This document shows, in pieces, positions 7,436-17,272 of a stretch of 44,539 nt of DNA (its first letter is position 1; the number at the start of each line of letters is the position of its first letter). This DNA comes from Methanobacteriota archaeon. GTDB taxonomy: Archaea; Thermoplasmatota; Poseidoniia; MGIII; CG-Epi1. A program made the translations under genes and the position numbers. A model generated the notes under the pieces. The model saw only the letters and a list, made by a program, of their open reading frames with translations, was not told the origin of the DNA and did not search any database. The stretch lies in NCBI GenBank assembly GCA_016845825.1, contig JAERSJ010000036.1, forward strand, positions 1 through 44,539, in the 5' to 3' direction.

Positions 7436-8611
7436 TCAATTTAACGCTTTAATTTCTTTGTGCTTGAAACCAAAAAGAGCTTGAATTAACGCTAAGGGTA
7501 GTTTAAACCAAAAATTTGTTGTGGCTTTTCCTTTATACTCTCCTCTTGTCAAATCAGCTAACATTCCAAAAAGAGCCGGTGTTCTGCCTAATGCGAAACC
7601 TACTTTCATAAAAAATGGCTTATAAATTTTATGTTTAGTATTTGCAGCGCGATACATATCTCTGCTATAATGAGAACGCCAATACTGTTCAAATAAAGTC
7701 GGATCTCCTTTGGAAATTGCCTTAGCTGCGAGCCTTCCACCTAATGCGCAGTGATTAAGGCCTTCTCCATGAATGGGATTTACATGACCTGCCGCATCAC
7801 CACAAAGTACCCAATTTTTGCCAGAAACTGGCTCATCGAACAGCTTCGGATCATTAAATGAAGGAATTACTGAACCAAACTTCTTACAATCCACAATCTC
7901 ACCCGTGTCTTTCAACTTCCATTTACCATTACGGACAAATTCACCAGGCCATCTTTCTGCAAGTAGTTTGTCTAAAGCTTCTCGCATACCTGGAGTTCCT
8001 GAATTATAACAATAACCAATATTGTAATGATCACTCTTAGGGAATACCCAAAGATATCCTTCTTCACCGGGTAAAGCTCCCACAATAAATTCCACATCAT
8101 TTTCATCTGGTTTTATTGACAAATAATATCCTGCTGCAGCAAATAGATGCTCACGTGGTATTCGGTCCATAAAATGCTTACGAGTGAAACCATTGACACC
8201 ATCCGCTCCAATAATATATTTTGATTTATATTTACCATTAATCAACCAGACATCATCAACTAATTCTAATGATTTGACTCTTTCAATAATATGACCTGCA
8301 CCTGCTTCTTTTGCTCTGTTAAATAAATAAAAATCCCAATCATCTCTTCGAATTAATTTACCTTTATTTACTGGAATTTTTAATTTGGTTTCATTGTAAG
8401 TAAAGGAAATAGAAGTCATCTCGCATTCTATCGACTCATCAGGCGCATCCATCCATTCAATTCCTTTAACAGGTAAGCCTCCTCCACAGGCCTTTCTTCT
8501 AGGGTGAGCATGATCAAATAAAAGTACAGACAGGCCGCGTTCTGCCGCTTCGCGAGCTGCTGATGAACCTGCAGGTCCTCCTCCTACTACTGCAACATCT
8601 ACGATTTCCAC
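7436..8611 (-). CDS. Geranylgeranyl reductase family flavoprotein (archaeal isoprenoid lipid saturation type)
   Basis: FAD-binding 'VAVVGGGPAGSSAAREAAERG'. The 391-aa length and 'GDAAGHVNPIHGEG' motif are typical of GGR. Confidence 0.85.
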   Translation of the reverse strand: MEIVDVAVVGGGPAGSSAAREAAERGLSVLLFDHAHPRRKACGGGLPVKGIEWMDAPDESIECEMTSISFTYNETKLKIPVNKGKLIRRDDWDFYLFNRAKEAGAGHIIERVKSLELVDDVWLINGKYKSKYIIGADGVNGFTRKHFMDRIPREHLFAAAGYYLSIKPDENDVEFIVGALPGEEGYLWVFPKSDHYNIGYCYNSGTPGMREALDKLLAERWPGEFVRNGKWKLKDTGEIVDCKKFGSVIPSFNDPKLFDEPVSGKNWVLCGDAAGHVNPIHGEGLNHCALGGRLAAKAISKGDPTLFEQYWRSHYSRDMYRAANTKHKIYKPFFMKVGFALGRTPALFGMLADLTRGEYKGKATTNFWFKLPLALIQALFGFKHKEIKALN

Positions 8612-8643
8612 AATTAACTACCGCGAATGCTCTAAATTAAGGT

Positions 8644-8952
8644 TTACGACTCGGTCTGAATTTTAGAATAGGACAACTTACTTTCGCTTCCATTTATTGA
8701 TTTAAAAATACAGCCTTGAAGAATCAAATCATTCTGACCTAATCTTGAAACTACATAAATTACCCTGGGTTCTTCAAAATCTAAAATTGTAAATAAAGGA
8801 TCGTCTAAATTCATAAGATTTAAAGAAGCTGTACTGTTATTATAAATATCGAAAGATTCGAAATCGAAGCCTCTTCCTTCAATAAATATTCTGTGACTTT
8901 TGCCTGAAAAACTAAAACTAGGCATTTCCTCACTAACATTCACTGAATCCAT
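8644..8952 (-). CDS. Hypothetical protein (102 aa)
   Basis: ORF fills the gap in a co-directional gene run. No family recognised. Confidence 0.4.
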   Translation of the reverse strand: MDSVNVSEEMPSFSFSGKSHRIFIEGRGFDFESFDIYNNSTASLNLMNLDDPLFTILDFEEPRVIYVVSRLGQNDLILQGCIFKSINGSESKLSYSKIQTES

Positions 8953-8988
8953 GTTAACTCAGTTTAACTGCATTTATAGAACTTATTA

Positions 8989-9453
8989 TTACAAATGAGA
9001 ATTTAATTTGAGAAAAGCTGGACCCCATTTAAAAACCGACATGATTTTCTGAGCTTGTTCTAACTGTCCACAAATCAGTAGAGCTGATGCTATTGCTTCG
9101 GCAGTAGTCAATTTCCCTACTTTACCTGAATTTACAGGGTTAGCTGGAGTTACCAACGGTAAACTTCGAGGCTCTAGACCCATTAAGCGCAACTTGGAAA
9201 ACGTTTCAGGAGCCTTATTCCATGAGCAATCTACACCAACAATTCCACCAACTTCCGCAAGAGGAATGTCATCATTGCTGAGAATTTTTTCTGAAAATGG
9301 GTCTAAAACTAAACCCATAGGCGGTAACGTCTTGAAATTTGAGTGATTATCTGAAAGATTAAATTTTTCTAATCTTTTGGCCGTGCATTTTTTAGGATCG
9401 TCTTGATCGAAGCAAAGAATTCTGATATTAAATGACATGTAATGAAAAATCAA
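8989..9453 (-). CDS. tsr3: Tsr3 (16S rRNA aminocarboxypropyltransferase, DUF367)
   Basis: 'IRILCFDQDDPKKCTAKRLEKFNL' plus 'VDCSWN' motifs. The start could be M1 (9453) or M6 (9438). It overlaps the nadC stop. Confidence 0.8.
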   Translation of the reverse strand: MIFHYMSFNIRILCFDQDDPKKCTAKRLEKFNLSDNHSNFKTLPPMGLVLDPFSEKILSNDDIPLAEVGGIVGVDCSWNKAPETFSKLRLMGLEPRSLPLVTPANPVNSGKVGKLTTAEAIASALLICGQLEQAQKIMSVFKWGPAFLKLNSHL

Positions 9454-10234
9454 CCGGTAGTGATGACATTGTCAAGCTTCCTAAGCTTATAAAATCCGCA
9501 TTTTTTGCGTAATCTGCCACATTTTCAATAGTGACTCCACCTGATATCTCAATTTCTATATTTGAGATTTGCCTCAATTTTTTAATAGTTTCTGCAGCTT
9601 CCAAAGGTGTAAAGTTATCAAGCATGACTCTGTCAGCTCCGCACTCAGCTATTTCGAGAGCCTGTTCTTCGTTATCGGCCTCAACTTCAAGCATTAAGTC
9701 TGGATACTTATTCCTAGACTGGGAAATCGATTCATTTATGCTCTTAGATAACTTGAGATGATTATCTTTAATCAATATCGCATCGTCTAAACGCATGCGG
9801 TGTGTTTGACCTCCTCCATGAACAACTGCTTCTTTTTCAAGATCTCTAAGTCCTGGAAGTGTTTTCCTTGTAGCTAATATTACTACATCGGGATTCGCAT
9901 CTCTAGCTATTTTCACAATCTTATCTGTGTGTGTTGAAATTCCACTAAGATGGCTCAATATATTTAGTAAAAGACGCTCCGTTGCTAAAATATCATGAGA
10001 TTTGCCTTTAAGTGAAAGAATTAAACTAGAATCTATGGTATCTCCATCGTTATAATCAGTAATAAATTCAATATTATGTTGCTTTAAAAGCATTCCACAT
10101 AATTCCAACCCTGAGAGTACTCCGGGACCTCCTGTTACCTTAGCTTCACACAATTTATTGTCGACTACTGCTTTAGATGTAAAGTCACCTTTACCAAAAT
10201 CTTCCGCAAACCACTCGCCTAATTTATCTTGCAT
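9428..10234 (-). CDS. nadC: Nicotinate-nucleotide pyrophosphorylase (quinolinate phosphoribosyltransferase)
   Basis: 'ATRKTLPGLRDLEKEAVVHGGGQTHRMRLDDAILIKDNH' is the QPRTase signature region. Confidence 0.9.
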   Translation of the reverse strand: MQDKLGEWFAEDFGKGDFTSKAVVDNKLCEAKVTGGPGVLSGLELCGMLLKQHNIEFITDYNDGDTIDSSLILSLKGKSHDILATERLLLNILSHLSGISTHTDKIVKIARDANPDVVILATRKTLPGLRDLEKEAVVHGGGQTHRMRLDDAILIKDNHLKLSKSINESISQSRNKYPDLMLEVEADNEEQALEIAECGADRVMLDNFTPLEAAETIKKLRQISNIEIEISGGVTIENVADYAKNADFISLGSLTMSSLPVDFSLHVI

Positions 10235-10259
10235 TGCGACTAATGCTCAGATTGCTGCT

Positions 10260-12269
10260 TTAAGCTCTTCTACGTAAAACTACCAATGTAGTTAGTGCTA
10301 AAAGTGAAGCCATTAATCCAAAACCGGGTGTAGAACTATCGTCTTCAGACTCAATGTCTTCTACTTCAACTTCTCCTCCGCCGGTTGTCTCTTTAACTTC
10401 AATATTTGCTGAAAAATCTGGACTAGTATATTCACTACCGTCAGATGAAGTAACAACTACTTGGAAAGTATAATCTCTTCCGGACAATGCTGCTGCATCA
10501 GGTGAAAGTGTTATTGTTATGGCTTGTGTTTGTCCTCTGCCAATTTGCATAGTTTCAGCCCCTAAAGAAGCCCAACTTGGTGCATTAGTCATAGCTAAAG
10601 ACAGCGTATCTATTCCATTACCATTATTTGTGACATTCAACTTCATAAGAATTTGAGTTTCTTGAGTGACAGAAACAGTTCCATCTGACCCACTAACATA
10701 CCCTAATCCTATGTCATATACCTGAGAAGTAGTTGCTGAAACTGTGGAATTTGCTATTGATTCACCATCTGATGAAGTGACTGTTACTACCATATCTCCG
10801 CTACTTGCTCCTGCATCTCTATCTGAGGGAATTGTAACTGACAAAGTGAATTGAGAACCACTAACGGCTTCGACGGTTATATTATCCTGACTCAATACTG
10901 GATTCCAAACTGCTGGACCTTCTACATATATACTATAGGTATCTTGACCGTTACCTGTATTAGTTATATTGAAAATGAAATCTACTGCTTGTTCTGGCTT
11001 GTTCTCTTTGGATTCTGAATCAACTGATAAAGAAACCCCGTAATGTTGATTTACTGTTGCTGTAAAATCTTGTGTAGCTGTCTGTGCACTATCTCCGTTA
11101 CTCGAAGCACTCATGGAAAATGATGCAGTCGAACCTGCCAATGCATCACTTGGTACACTTAAAACAACTCCGAATTGGTAAAAACCATTCCAACTAATAG
11201 AATCTGTAACCATAGGGCCTGAAGTATCTACATTAAGACTCCAATCTGATGGAACACCTTGGTCATCCCAAGTAATTGTGAAATCATCATCTGTATTTCC
11301 AAGATTATTGACTCTAACAGTCCAATCGGCTACTGATGCACCTGCACTAAGATCTACATCTCTACTGCCGGCCCCATCTAGTTTAATTCCGAACATTTCA
11401 GAAGCTGAAACTGGAATACTAATCATACCGAATGGTTGATAATATGGAAAACCAAAAGGATCGCTAGGATCGACACTAAAAGCTTGAAAATCTAAATCTG
11501 CACTTCCTGCCTTAACTTTACTGCTTAATTCAACAGTGATATTCCAGGTATAAATTTGACCTGCTTGAAGACCATTGAGAACTCCTCCTTGGAATGAATC
11601 CCAAGCCGGATCCTCGCTAGATATTGTCCATCCACCTAATCCTCCAAATTGTACAGTAATTGAATCCATGATATCTGACGCTTGTGTACTGCCACCAGGT
11701 AATCTATCTACTGCAATATTTTCTACCATAATTTGGTAATCAAAGCTATCGCCAATGTCGTAGGTATTAACGGCAGGTGAACCTGGAAACTCAGACTGAT
11801 AAGCTTTCCAATTTGAAACTACAATAACTGTGTCTGCAACATCAAAATCTAATCCATCTGCAGACACTTCAAGATTCATGTAAACAAATTTAGACATATC
11901 TATCTTTGCACCATATCCCACTAATGCCTCTACTGTAACCTGAGCAAGCGCTCCTGAAGCTAACCCACCTAAGTCCATTCCACCTGTAGCATTATTGCCT
12001 GAATAGGTAAATGTTACATTATCTTTTAACCAAGTTTCTTCATCAAATGAAGAATCTATTGCCACATTTGTAAAATCATCATCACCATCATTAGTAATAG
12101 TAACAACAAAAGAAGCTGTTCCATTAACGGAAGCAAACGAATACTCATTGTGATCTGCATCGACTGTTATGCTTAACGACGAAGCTGCACTCGCTGGAAT
12201 GAAGACCAAAGCTGAGGCTAATAGTAAAGAAATTGCGAAAAATGGCAGAAATTGCCGACTACCGAACAT
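10260..12269 (-). CDS. Secreted acidic multi-domain surface protein with PGF-CTERM sorting signal (S-layer/cell-surface glycoprotein candidate)
   Basis: It has a signal peptide. Repeated beta-domain motifs are present ('TITNDGDDDF', 'VNNLGNTDDDF', 'ITNTGNGQDT', 'VTNNGNGIDT'), of CARDB/NEW3 type. An acidic linker is followed by 'TPGFGLMASLLALTTLVVLRRRA'. A GGAG lies 7 nt upstream of the ATG, which is 11 nt after the upstream paralogue. Confidence 0.85.
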   Translation of the reverse strand: MFGSRQFLPFFAISLLLASALVFIPASAASSLSITVDADHNEYSFASVNGTASFVVTITNDGDDDFTNVAIDSSFDEETWLKDNVTFTYSGNNATGGMDLGGLASGALAQVTVEALVGYGAKIDMSKFVYMNLEVSADGLDFDVADTVIVVSNWKAYQSEFPGSPAVNTYDIGDSFDYQIMVENIAVDRLPGGSTQASDIMDSITVQFGGLGGWTISSEDPAWDSFQGGVLNGLQAGQIYTWNITVELSSKVKAGSADLDFQAFSVDPSDPFGFPYYQPFGMISIPVSASEMFGIKLDGAGSRDVDLSAGASVADWTVRVNNLGNTDDDFTITWDDQGVPSDWSLNVDTSGPMVTDSISWNGFYQFGVVLSVPSDALAGSTASFSMSASSNGDSAQTATQDFTATVNQHYGVSLSVDSESKENKPEQAVDFIFNITNTGNGQDTYSIYVEGPAVWNPVLSQDNITVEAVSGSQFTLSVTIPSDRDAGASSGDMVVTVTSSDGESIANSTVSATTSQVYDIGLGYVSGSDGTVSVTQETQILMKLNVTNNGNGIDTLSLAMTNAPSWASLGAETMQIGRGQTQAITITLSPDAAALSGRDYTFQVVVTSSDGSEYTSPDFSANIEVKETTGGGEVEVEDIESEDDSSTPGFGLMASLLALTTLVVLRRRA

Positions 12270-12280
12270 TCAATTTCTCC

Positions 12281-14326
12281 TTAAAGCCTGCGGCGTAGCA
12301 ATAGTACTGCACCAATAGCTGCAATTGCTGGAAGGAATCCAAAGCCTGGTAATCCACCTTCATCATCGTCTACTTCTTCAGTTGTTGGACCTGAGCTATC
12401 TGTTGATTGCTCAACAACTGTTACTGTGAAATCTCCAGTAGTTGAAGTCGTTGTGCCATCTGATGAAGTTGCAATAATTTGGAATGTATTGGAACCTAGG
12501 CCTCCTGAGGCTGGAGCCATTACATCAATTGTAACTGTCGAAACTTGTCCTGGACCTACCAAAACAGTATTCTGAGATAGAGATACCCAAGATGGTGCGT
12601 TTGCTAATGCAACACCAACATTATCGTTTCCGTTACCATTATTTGTGACGTTAAATTTCAACTGTAAAGCCATTCCTTCTTGAACTGAAGCACTTGCCAT
12701 TGATGCATTGTAATAATATCCTGCACCAATGTCGAAGACTTGGTTTGAAGAAAGTTCGACTGATATATGATCTTCATAATCACAGTCAGAGGTATCGTCT
12801 CCACATATCTCAGAATAAGCGTGGACCATAGCCATACCACTCTTAGCTGCTGCACTTGAATCTGCAGGTACTGTTAATGTGAAAACGACTTGACCAGTTT
12901 CTCCTGAAGCTATAGTTGAGCTCATTTCAGAAAGACTTGGTGCCCATGCTTGAGCTCCCATTGTCATGTATGAAACTGTATCTTCGCCGTTACCAAGATT
13001 AGTAACTGTAACTGTAAAATCAGAAGAAGCACTAGGATCTGCACTGTCTGTTGTTTTATCAACAGTCATTTCAATTCCATAACATTGTACTACGGTTGCA
13101 CTGAACTCTTGTGTCTGAGTTTGTGATGAATCTCCAACGGAGGTAACGGTCATAGTGAAACCATGGTTGGTTCCTGCAGCTAACCCACTTGGAATTTCCA
13201 TCTCTATGTTGAAATCATAAACTCCATCTTCTGCTTTAGGTAAAATATTACTAATTGTCATGTCATCGGCACCAGTAACACTCCAGGCTGCGGCAACTGC
13301 ATCAGAGGTATCAAATGAAACTGTGAAATCGTCTGGCAAATTACCGAAATTCTTTACACTAACATCCCAATCGACCTTGAAGTCTTGATTTGAACATCCA
13401 TTGTCTACATCTTGATTACCTGAACCTTGAGCACTTACAGCAAAATTATCTTCTACAACGGCTTCAAACTCTACGAAATCAATAATTTTATCATCTGAAA
13501 CTTGGAAAGCTAAAACAGAGTTACCTACGTAAGATGAAGCTAAAGCATAACTTCCAGATAGAGATACTTCAATTTCGAAATCATAGCTGGAATCTGCATC
13601 TATGTATCCAATAGTTGCTTCCATTTCCATTTCATCCCAAGCAGAATCATCACTGTCTATTCTCCAGCCAGGTGTAGCTGAATTGTAACTAATTTTAACA
13701 GAATCGCTTAATGCAACGGGAGTGCCGTCTTCATCTAGCTTATTATTATGGATTGTAATTGTGTATGTGTGACAATTAATTGCAGTAGCACAGTCTTCAC
13801 CGACTGCGTCAGATTCTGCGAATGTTTTTGCATCTGTATCTGCTGTACTAAATGTCCAGTCTGAAACAATTACTTGTGCATTGGTGTCCAATGCTGTTGA
13901 GCTTGATGAGCTTACAGATACTACCATTTCTGCAGAATCTCCGTTGCTTACATCTCCTTCAATCATAACCTGAATACAAAAATCTAAAGTTCCATCAAGA
14001 GTTCCGAAATCGTGACTTCCGGTACCTTCAACAGTACATGTGGAACCATCCCAGGAACCTATTGATGCTTGATCATCTGTCCAACCAGCTTCAGAAAATG
14101 ATGTTGTTATTGTTACATTATCGTCTGCGTCAGCTGAAGTACTTGTTACGCTTCCTGTGAAGCTTGCATGCCCGTGCATTGCGCCGTATGAAGTTAGACC
14201 TTTATCTCCTACTAATGTTACAGATAAATCTCCGTCTCCGGCACTTACATTAGGCATTACTAAAACAGATGCAATCAAAGCTAAAGTAGCTACAAAAGCA
14301 CCCAATTTGTTTATTTTTTGTTCCAT
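12281..14326 (-). CDS. Paralogous secreted acidic surface protein with PGF-CTERM sorting signal
   Basis: Same architecture as 10260-12269. The C-terminal domains are alignable ('FNVTNNGNGNDNVGVALANAPSWVSL' versus 'LNVTNNGNGIDTLSLAMTNAPSWASL'). It ends 'LPGFGFLPAIAAIGAVLLLRRRL'. Confidence 0.85.
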   Translation of the reverse strand: MEQKINKLGAFVATLALIASVLVMPNVSAGDGDLSVTLVGDKGLTSYGAMHGHASFTGSVTSTSADADDNVTITTSFSEAGWTDDQASIGSWDGSTCTVEGTGSHDFGTLDGTLDFCIQVMIEGDVSNGDSAEMVVSVSSSSSTALDTNAQVIVSDWTFSTADTDAKTFAESDAVGEDCATAINCHTYTITIHNNKLDEDGTPVALSDSVKISYNSATPGWRIDSDDSAWDEMEMEATIGYIDADSSYDFEIEVSLSGSYALASSYVGNSVLAFQVSDDKIIDFVEFEAVVEDNFAVSAQGSGNQDVDNGCSNQDFKVDWDVSVKNFGNLPDDFTVSFDTSDAVAAAWSVTGADDMTISNILPKAEDGVYDFNIEMEIPSGLAAGTNHGFTMTVTSVGDSSQTQTQEFSATVVQCYGIEMTVDKTTDSADPSASSDFTVTVTNLGNGEDTVSYMTMGAQAWAPSLSEMSSTIASGETGQVVFTLTVPADSSAAAKSGMAMVHAYSEICGDDTSDCDYEDHISVELSSNQVFDIGAGYYYNASMASASVQEGMALQLKFNVTNNGNGNDNVGVALANAPSWVSLSQNTVLVGPGQVSTVTIDVMAPASGGLGSNTFQIIATSSDGTTTSTTGDFTVTVVEQSTDSSGPTTEEVDDDEGGLPGFGFLPAIAAIGAVLLLRRRL

Positions 14327-14529
14327 TTTTTCACCTTTTTTTCGACCTATTACACCTTTAACTATCGGTACAAGGTAACTAAACTCATTGTAACGCGTAT
14401 TTAAAAAGCTTCTGAAAAAAAATAATCTGCTTGGTAGTTTAGTTCTTTTACATTAATTGACTTAGTAAGTCTTTTATAGTTGGACCACTAGCGAATAATC
14501 TAATTTCTTAGTAACTAGGAAGGTCAAAA

Positions 14530-14712
14530 ATGAGAGAACATTCAAGATTTGAAAAAGCTAGAGTTATAGGAGCAAGAGCATTGCAGATTTCAATGGGAGC
14601 TCCTGTAGACATTAAAGTACCTGAAGAAATCATCGATCCGGTCATCATTGCACAAATGGAATACGACACAGATGCTATCCCTATTGATATTGTTGATCGA
14701 GAAAAGAAGTGA
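14530..14712 (+). CDS. rpoK: DNA-directed RNA polymerase subunit K (Rpo6)
   Basis: 'SRFEKARVIGARALQISMGAPV' is the RpoK/Rpb6 signature. It sits in the conserved rpoK-eno-rps2 arrangement. Confidence 0.9.
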   Translation: MREHSRFEKARVIGARALQISMGAPVDIKVPEEIIDPVIIAQMEYDTDAIPIDIVDREKK

Positions 14713-15902
14713 TTATCAAAGACATTAATCTTAGAAAAATCATAGATTCTCGAGGAAATCCTACTGTAGAAGCTGACATTGTAACTAATGAAGGATTTGG
14801 TAGAGCTGCAGCCCCAGCTGGAGCTTCGACTGGAACCTTTGAGGCTCAAGCTTGGCCTAAAAATAATGTTGATTTAGGCATAAGTAATGCAAAAGAAAAC
14901 GTCATTCCATCCTTAATTGGAATTACTTCTAGCGATCAAGAAACTTTTGATAAGACAATCAAAGATATAGATGGAACTAAAAATCTACAAAATGTAGGCG
15001 GAAACATTGCTGTAGCATTATCTTTAGCATGTGCAAAAGCCGCAGCCGACTCAAAAAATATTCCACTATTCGAGCATGTTAGTAAAACCAAATCATATTC
15101 AATTCCAGCTCCAATGTCAAACGTACTTGGCGGAGGTGCTCATGCGATAGGTGGTACTGATATTCAAGAATATCTAGTTACTTCTTTTGATAATGATGTT
15201 AATACTGCAATTGAAACTAATGCTGCAGTTCATAAAGAGGTAGCTAAAATTTTAAAAGAAAAATTTCCTAATATTGCGCTAGGTAAAGGTGACGAAGGTG
15301 CTTGGGTTGCACCATTAGAAAATGTAGAAGCATTAGAACTTGTTACAAAAGCTGTTGATAACGTTCAGAAAGAAACTGGAGTTGAAGTAAGAACTGGTTT
15401 AGACGTAGCAGCTAGTGAATTTTATAAGAATGGAAAATATGTGTATAAGGAACAGACACTTACACCTGAAGAACAGGTTGATTTCATGTTGGGATTAATT
15501 GAAGAATATGATTTACACTCGGTAGAAGATCCACTCGACCAAAACGACTTTGAATCATGGGCATCTCTAACTGATCAAACGGACTCTCTAATTATTGGAG
15601 ATGACCTGTACGTTACTAATTCTGAAAGACTAAAAGAAGGTATAGAAAAGAAATCAACTAACTCAATTTTGATTAAACCAAACCAAATAGGAACATTAAC
15701 AGACACCATCAAAGCTGTGGAAATGGCAAAAGATGCCGAAATGGCTACAGTTATCTCACATCGTAGTGGTGAAACTACAGATACCTCCATTGCTCACCTA
15801 GGAGTTGCCTTTGAATCTCACGCAATAAAAACGGGAATTATGGGTGGAGAAAGGATTGCAAAGCTTAATGAACTGGTCCGAATCAGCGAGAAATTCCTAT
15901 GA
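14709..15902 (+). CDS. eno: Enolase
   Basis: 'DSRGNPTVEADI', 'IGDDLYVTN', 'IKPNQIGT' and 'SHRSGETTD'. The GTG start overlaps the rpoK stop (GTGA). Confidence 0.93.
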   Translation: MIIKDINLRKIIDSRGNPTVEADIVTNEGFGRAAAPAGASTGTFEAQAWPKNNVDLGISNAKENVIPSLIGITSSDQETFDKTIKDIDGTKNLQNVGGNIAVALSLACAKAAADSKNIPLFEHVSKTKSYSIPAPMSNVLGGGAHAIGGTDIQEYLVTSFDNDVNTAIETNAAVHKEVAKILKEKFPNIALGKGDEGAWVAPLENVEALELVTKAVDNVQKETGVEVRTGLDVAASEFYKNGKYVYKEQTLTPEEQVDFMLGLIEEYDLHSVEDPLDQNDFESWASLTDQTDSLIIGDDLYVTNSERLKEGIEKKSTNSILIKPNQIGTLTDTIKAVEMAKDAEMATVISHRSGETTDTSIAHLGVAFESHAIKTGIMGGERIAKLNELVRISEKFL

Positions 15903-16513
15903 CCGAAGTCGAAGCAAAAGAACTGCTCATCGATGAGGATACTTTCCTCACTTGTGGAGTCCACATTGGAACCAAACAGAAGAGTAAGGATATGGAGCCT
16001 TATGTCTACAAAGTTAGGGACGATGGATTGAGGATACTCAACGTCAATATGACCTCTGAAAAAGTAGTAGAAGCTGCTCAATTTCTAAAAGATTTTGACC
16101 CTAAAGATGTACTAGTAGTTTCAGCTAGACAATATGGATGGAAACCTGCAACCAAGTTTGCAGAAAGCTGTGGATTCGAATGTATTGCCGGACGTTTTAC
16201 TCCAGGTAGATTAACAAATCCTGAAATGCGATTCTTTATTGAACCAAAAGTTATTGTTCTAACTGATCCTGCTGCAGATGCACAAGCTTTCAGAGAAGCT
16301 ACAAACATTAAAATTCCTGTAATTGCAATGTGTGATTCTAACAATCTAACTACAAACGTAGATATTGTAATTCCTGGAAATAATAAAGGAAGAAGATCTC
16401 TAGCTTTAATTTACTGGTTATTATCAAGAGAAATCTTGAGAATAAGGGGTGAATTGGCTGCAGACGAAGACCTTGAAGAAACCATAGACGACTTCGAAGC
16501 TCCATTAATTTAG
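15899..16513 (+). CDS. rps2: Ribosomal protein uS2
   Basis: 'FLTCGVHIGTKQKSKDMEPYVYKVRDDGLRILN' plus 'VLTDPAADAQAFREA..IPVIAMCDSNN'. ATGA overlap with eno. Confidence 0.93.
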   Translation: MTEVEAKELLIDEDTFLTCGVHIGTKQKSKDMEPYVYKVRDDGLRILNVNMTSEKVVEAAQFLKDFDPKDVLVVSARQYGWKPATKFAESCGFECIAGRFTPGRLTNPEMRFFIEPKVIVLTDPAADAQAFREATNIKIPVIAMCDSNNLTTNVDIVIPGNNKGRRSLALIYWLLSREILRIRGELAADEDLEETIDDFEAPLI

Positions 16514-16555
16514 AGTAAAAGGTTTTCTTTTTAACAAGTAATCCATAGGACTACT

Positions 16556-17272
16556 GTGTGGATTATCGAAATTCTGTATTTCATTTACATTTTAATCAGG
16601 CTCAGATTAGAAATTCCCTTTTATTCACAAGAAAAATATCGCGAAAATGTTACAAATTGGTGCCGAAGGCTAATGAAGCGTTACAACACAAAAATTTATG
16701 TACATGGAAAACCTCAACCTGGCTTTCTAGTTCCAAATCATACTAGTTACTTAGATCCAATATTAGTCCTAGCTTTGAAGGCAGGCGGTGCTGTAGCGAA
16801 AAGAGAAATTAAGGATTATCTGCTATTTGGACCTATAGGCCAAAAACTGGGAGTTTTATGGGTAAAAAGGGAAAAGAAAAAGTCTAGAAGTACTGTAATT
16901 GACCAGTTGAATAAATGGGATGCTGTGAACAAACCCCTTTGGATATTCCCTGAGGGGACAACTTCTCCGTTTGGAGAACTCTATCCTTTCAAAATGGGTG
17001 TTTTCAAAGCTGCTGAAAACAGCGGAATGCCGATACAGCCTCTGGTATTTTGCTTTGATAATCCAAGTGTGGATTGGTCTAGTAATGGAAATGACAAAGA
17101 TGTCTTAGGAAGTATGATAGATTTTTACAGAAATAAGATTAGAACAAATGTTTACTGTTTTTGGTTAGATCCAATTACAATTAAACCTGGAGAAGCTAAA
17201 CAAAAATCTGATGAATTACATGCCAAAATGCTAAAATATATTAAACGCTTCGAGAGACCAAGAAATGAGTGA
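16556..17272 (+). CDS. PlsC-family (lysophospholipid/glycerol-3-phosphate) acyltransferase-like protein
   Basis: HX4D block 'NHTSYLDP' and 'FPEGTTS' block at the expected spacing, with a hydrophobic N-terminus. The start is uncertain (GTG at 16556, or a downstream ATG giving 'MKRYNTK'). Confidence 0.75.
   Translation: MWIIEILYFIYILIRLRLEIPFYSQEKYRENVTNWCRRLMKRYNTKIYVHGKPQPGFLVPNHTSYLDPILVLALKAGGAVAKREIKDYLLFGPIGQKLGVLWVKREKKKSRSTVIDQLNKWDAVNKPLWIFPEGTTSPFGELYPFKMGVFKAAENSGMPIQPLVFCFDNPSVDWSSNGNDKDVLGSMIDFYRNKIRTNVYCFWLDPITIKPGEAKQKSDELHAKMLKYIKRFERPRNE

Noticed and set aside
14327-14529. The 203-bp AT-rich divergent spacer at the major strand switch (minus-strand genes 5240-14326, plus-strand genes 14530-21126) as a replication origin
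   Set aside because: Only short weak direct repeats are present ('cttagtaa' twice, 'aataatct' twice). There are no ORB-like long repeats and no cdc6/orc1 nearby. The spacer is better explained as two divergent promoters (TATTTAAAAA at 14398-14407, CTTTTATAG near 14471).
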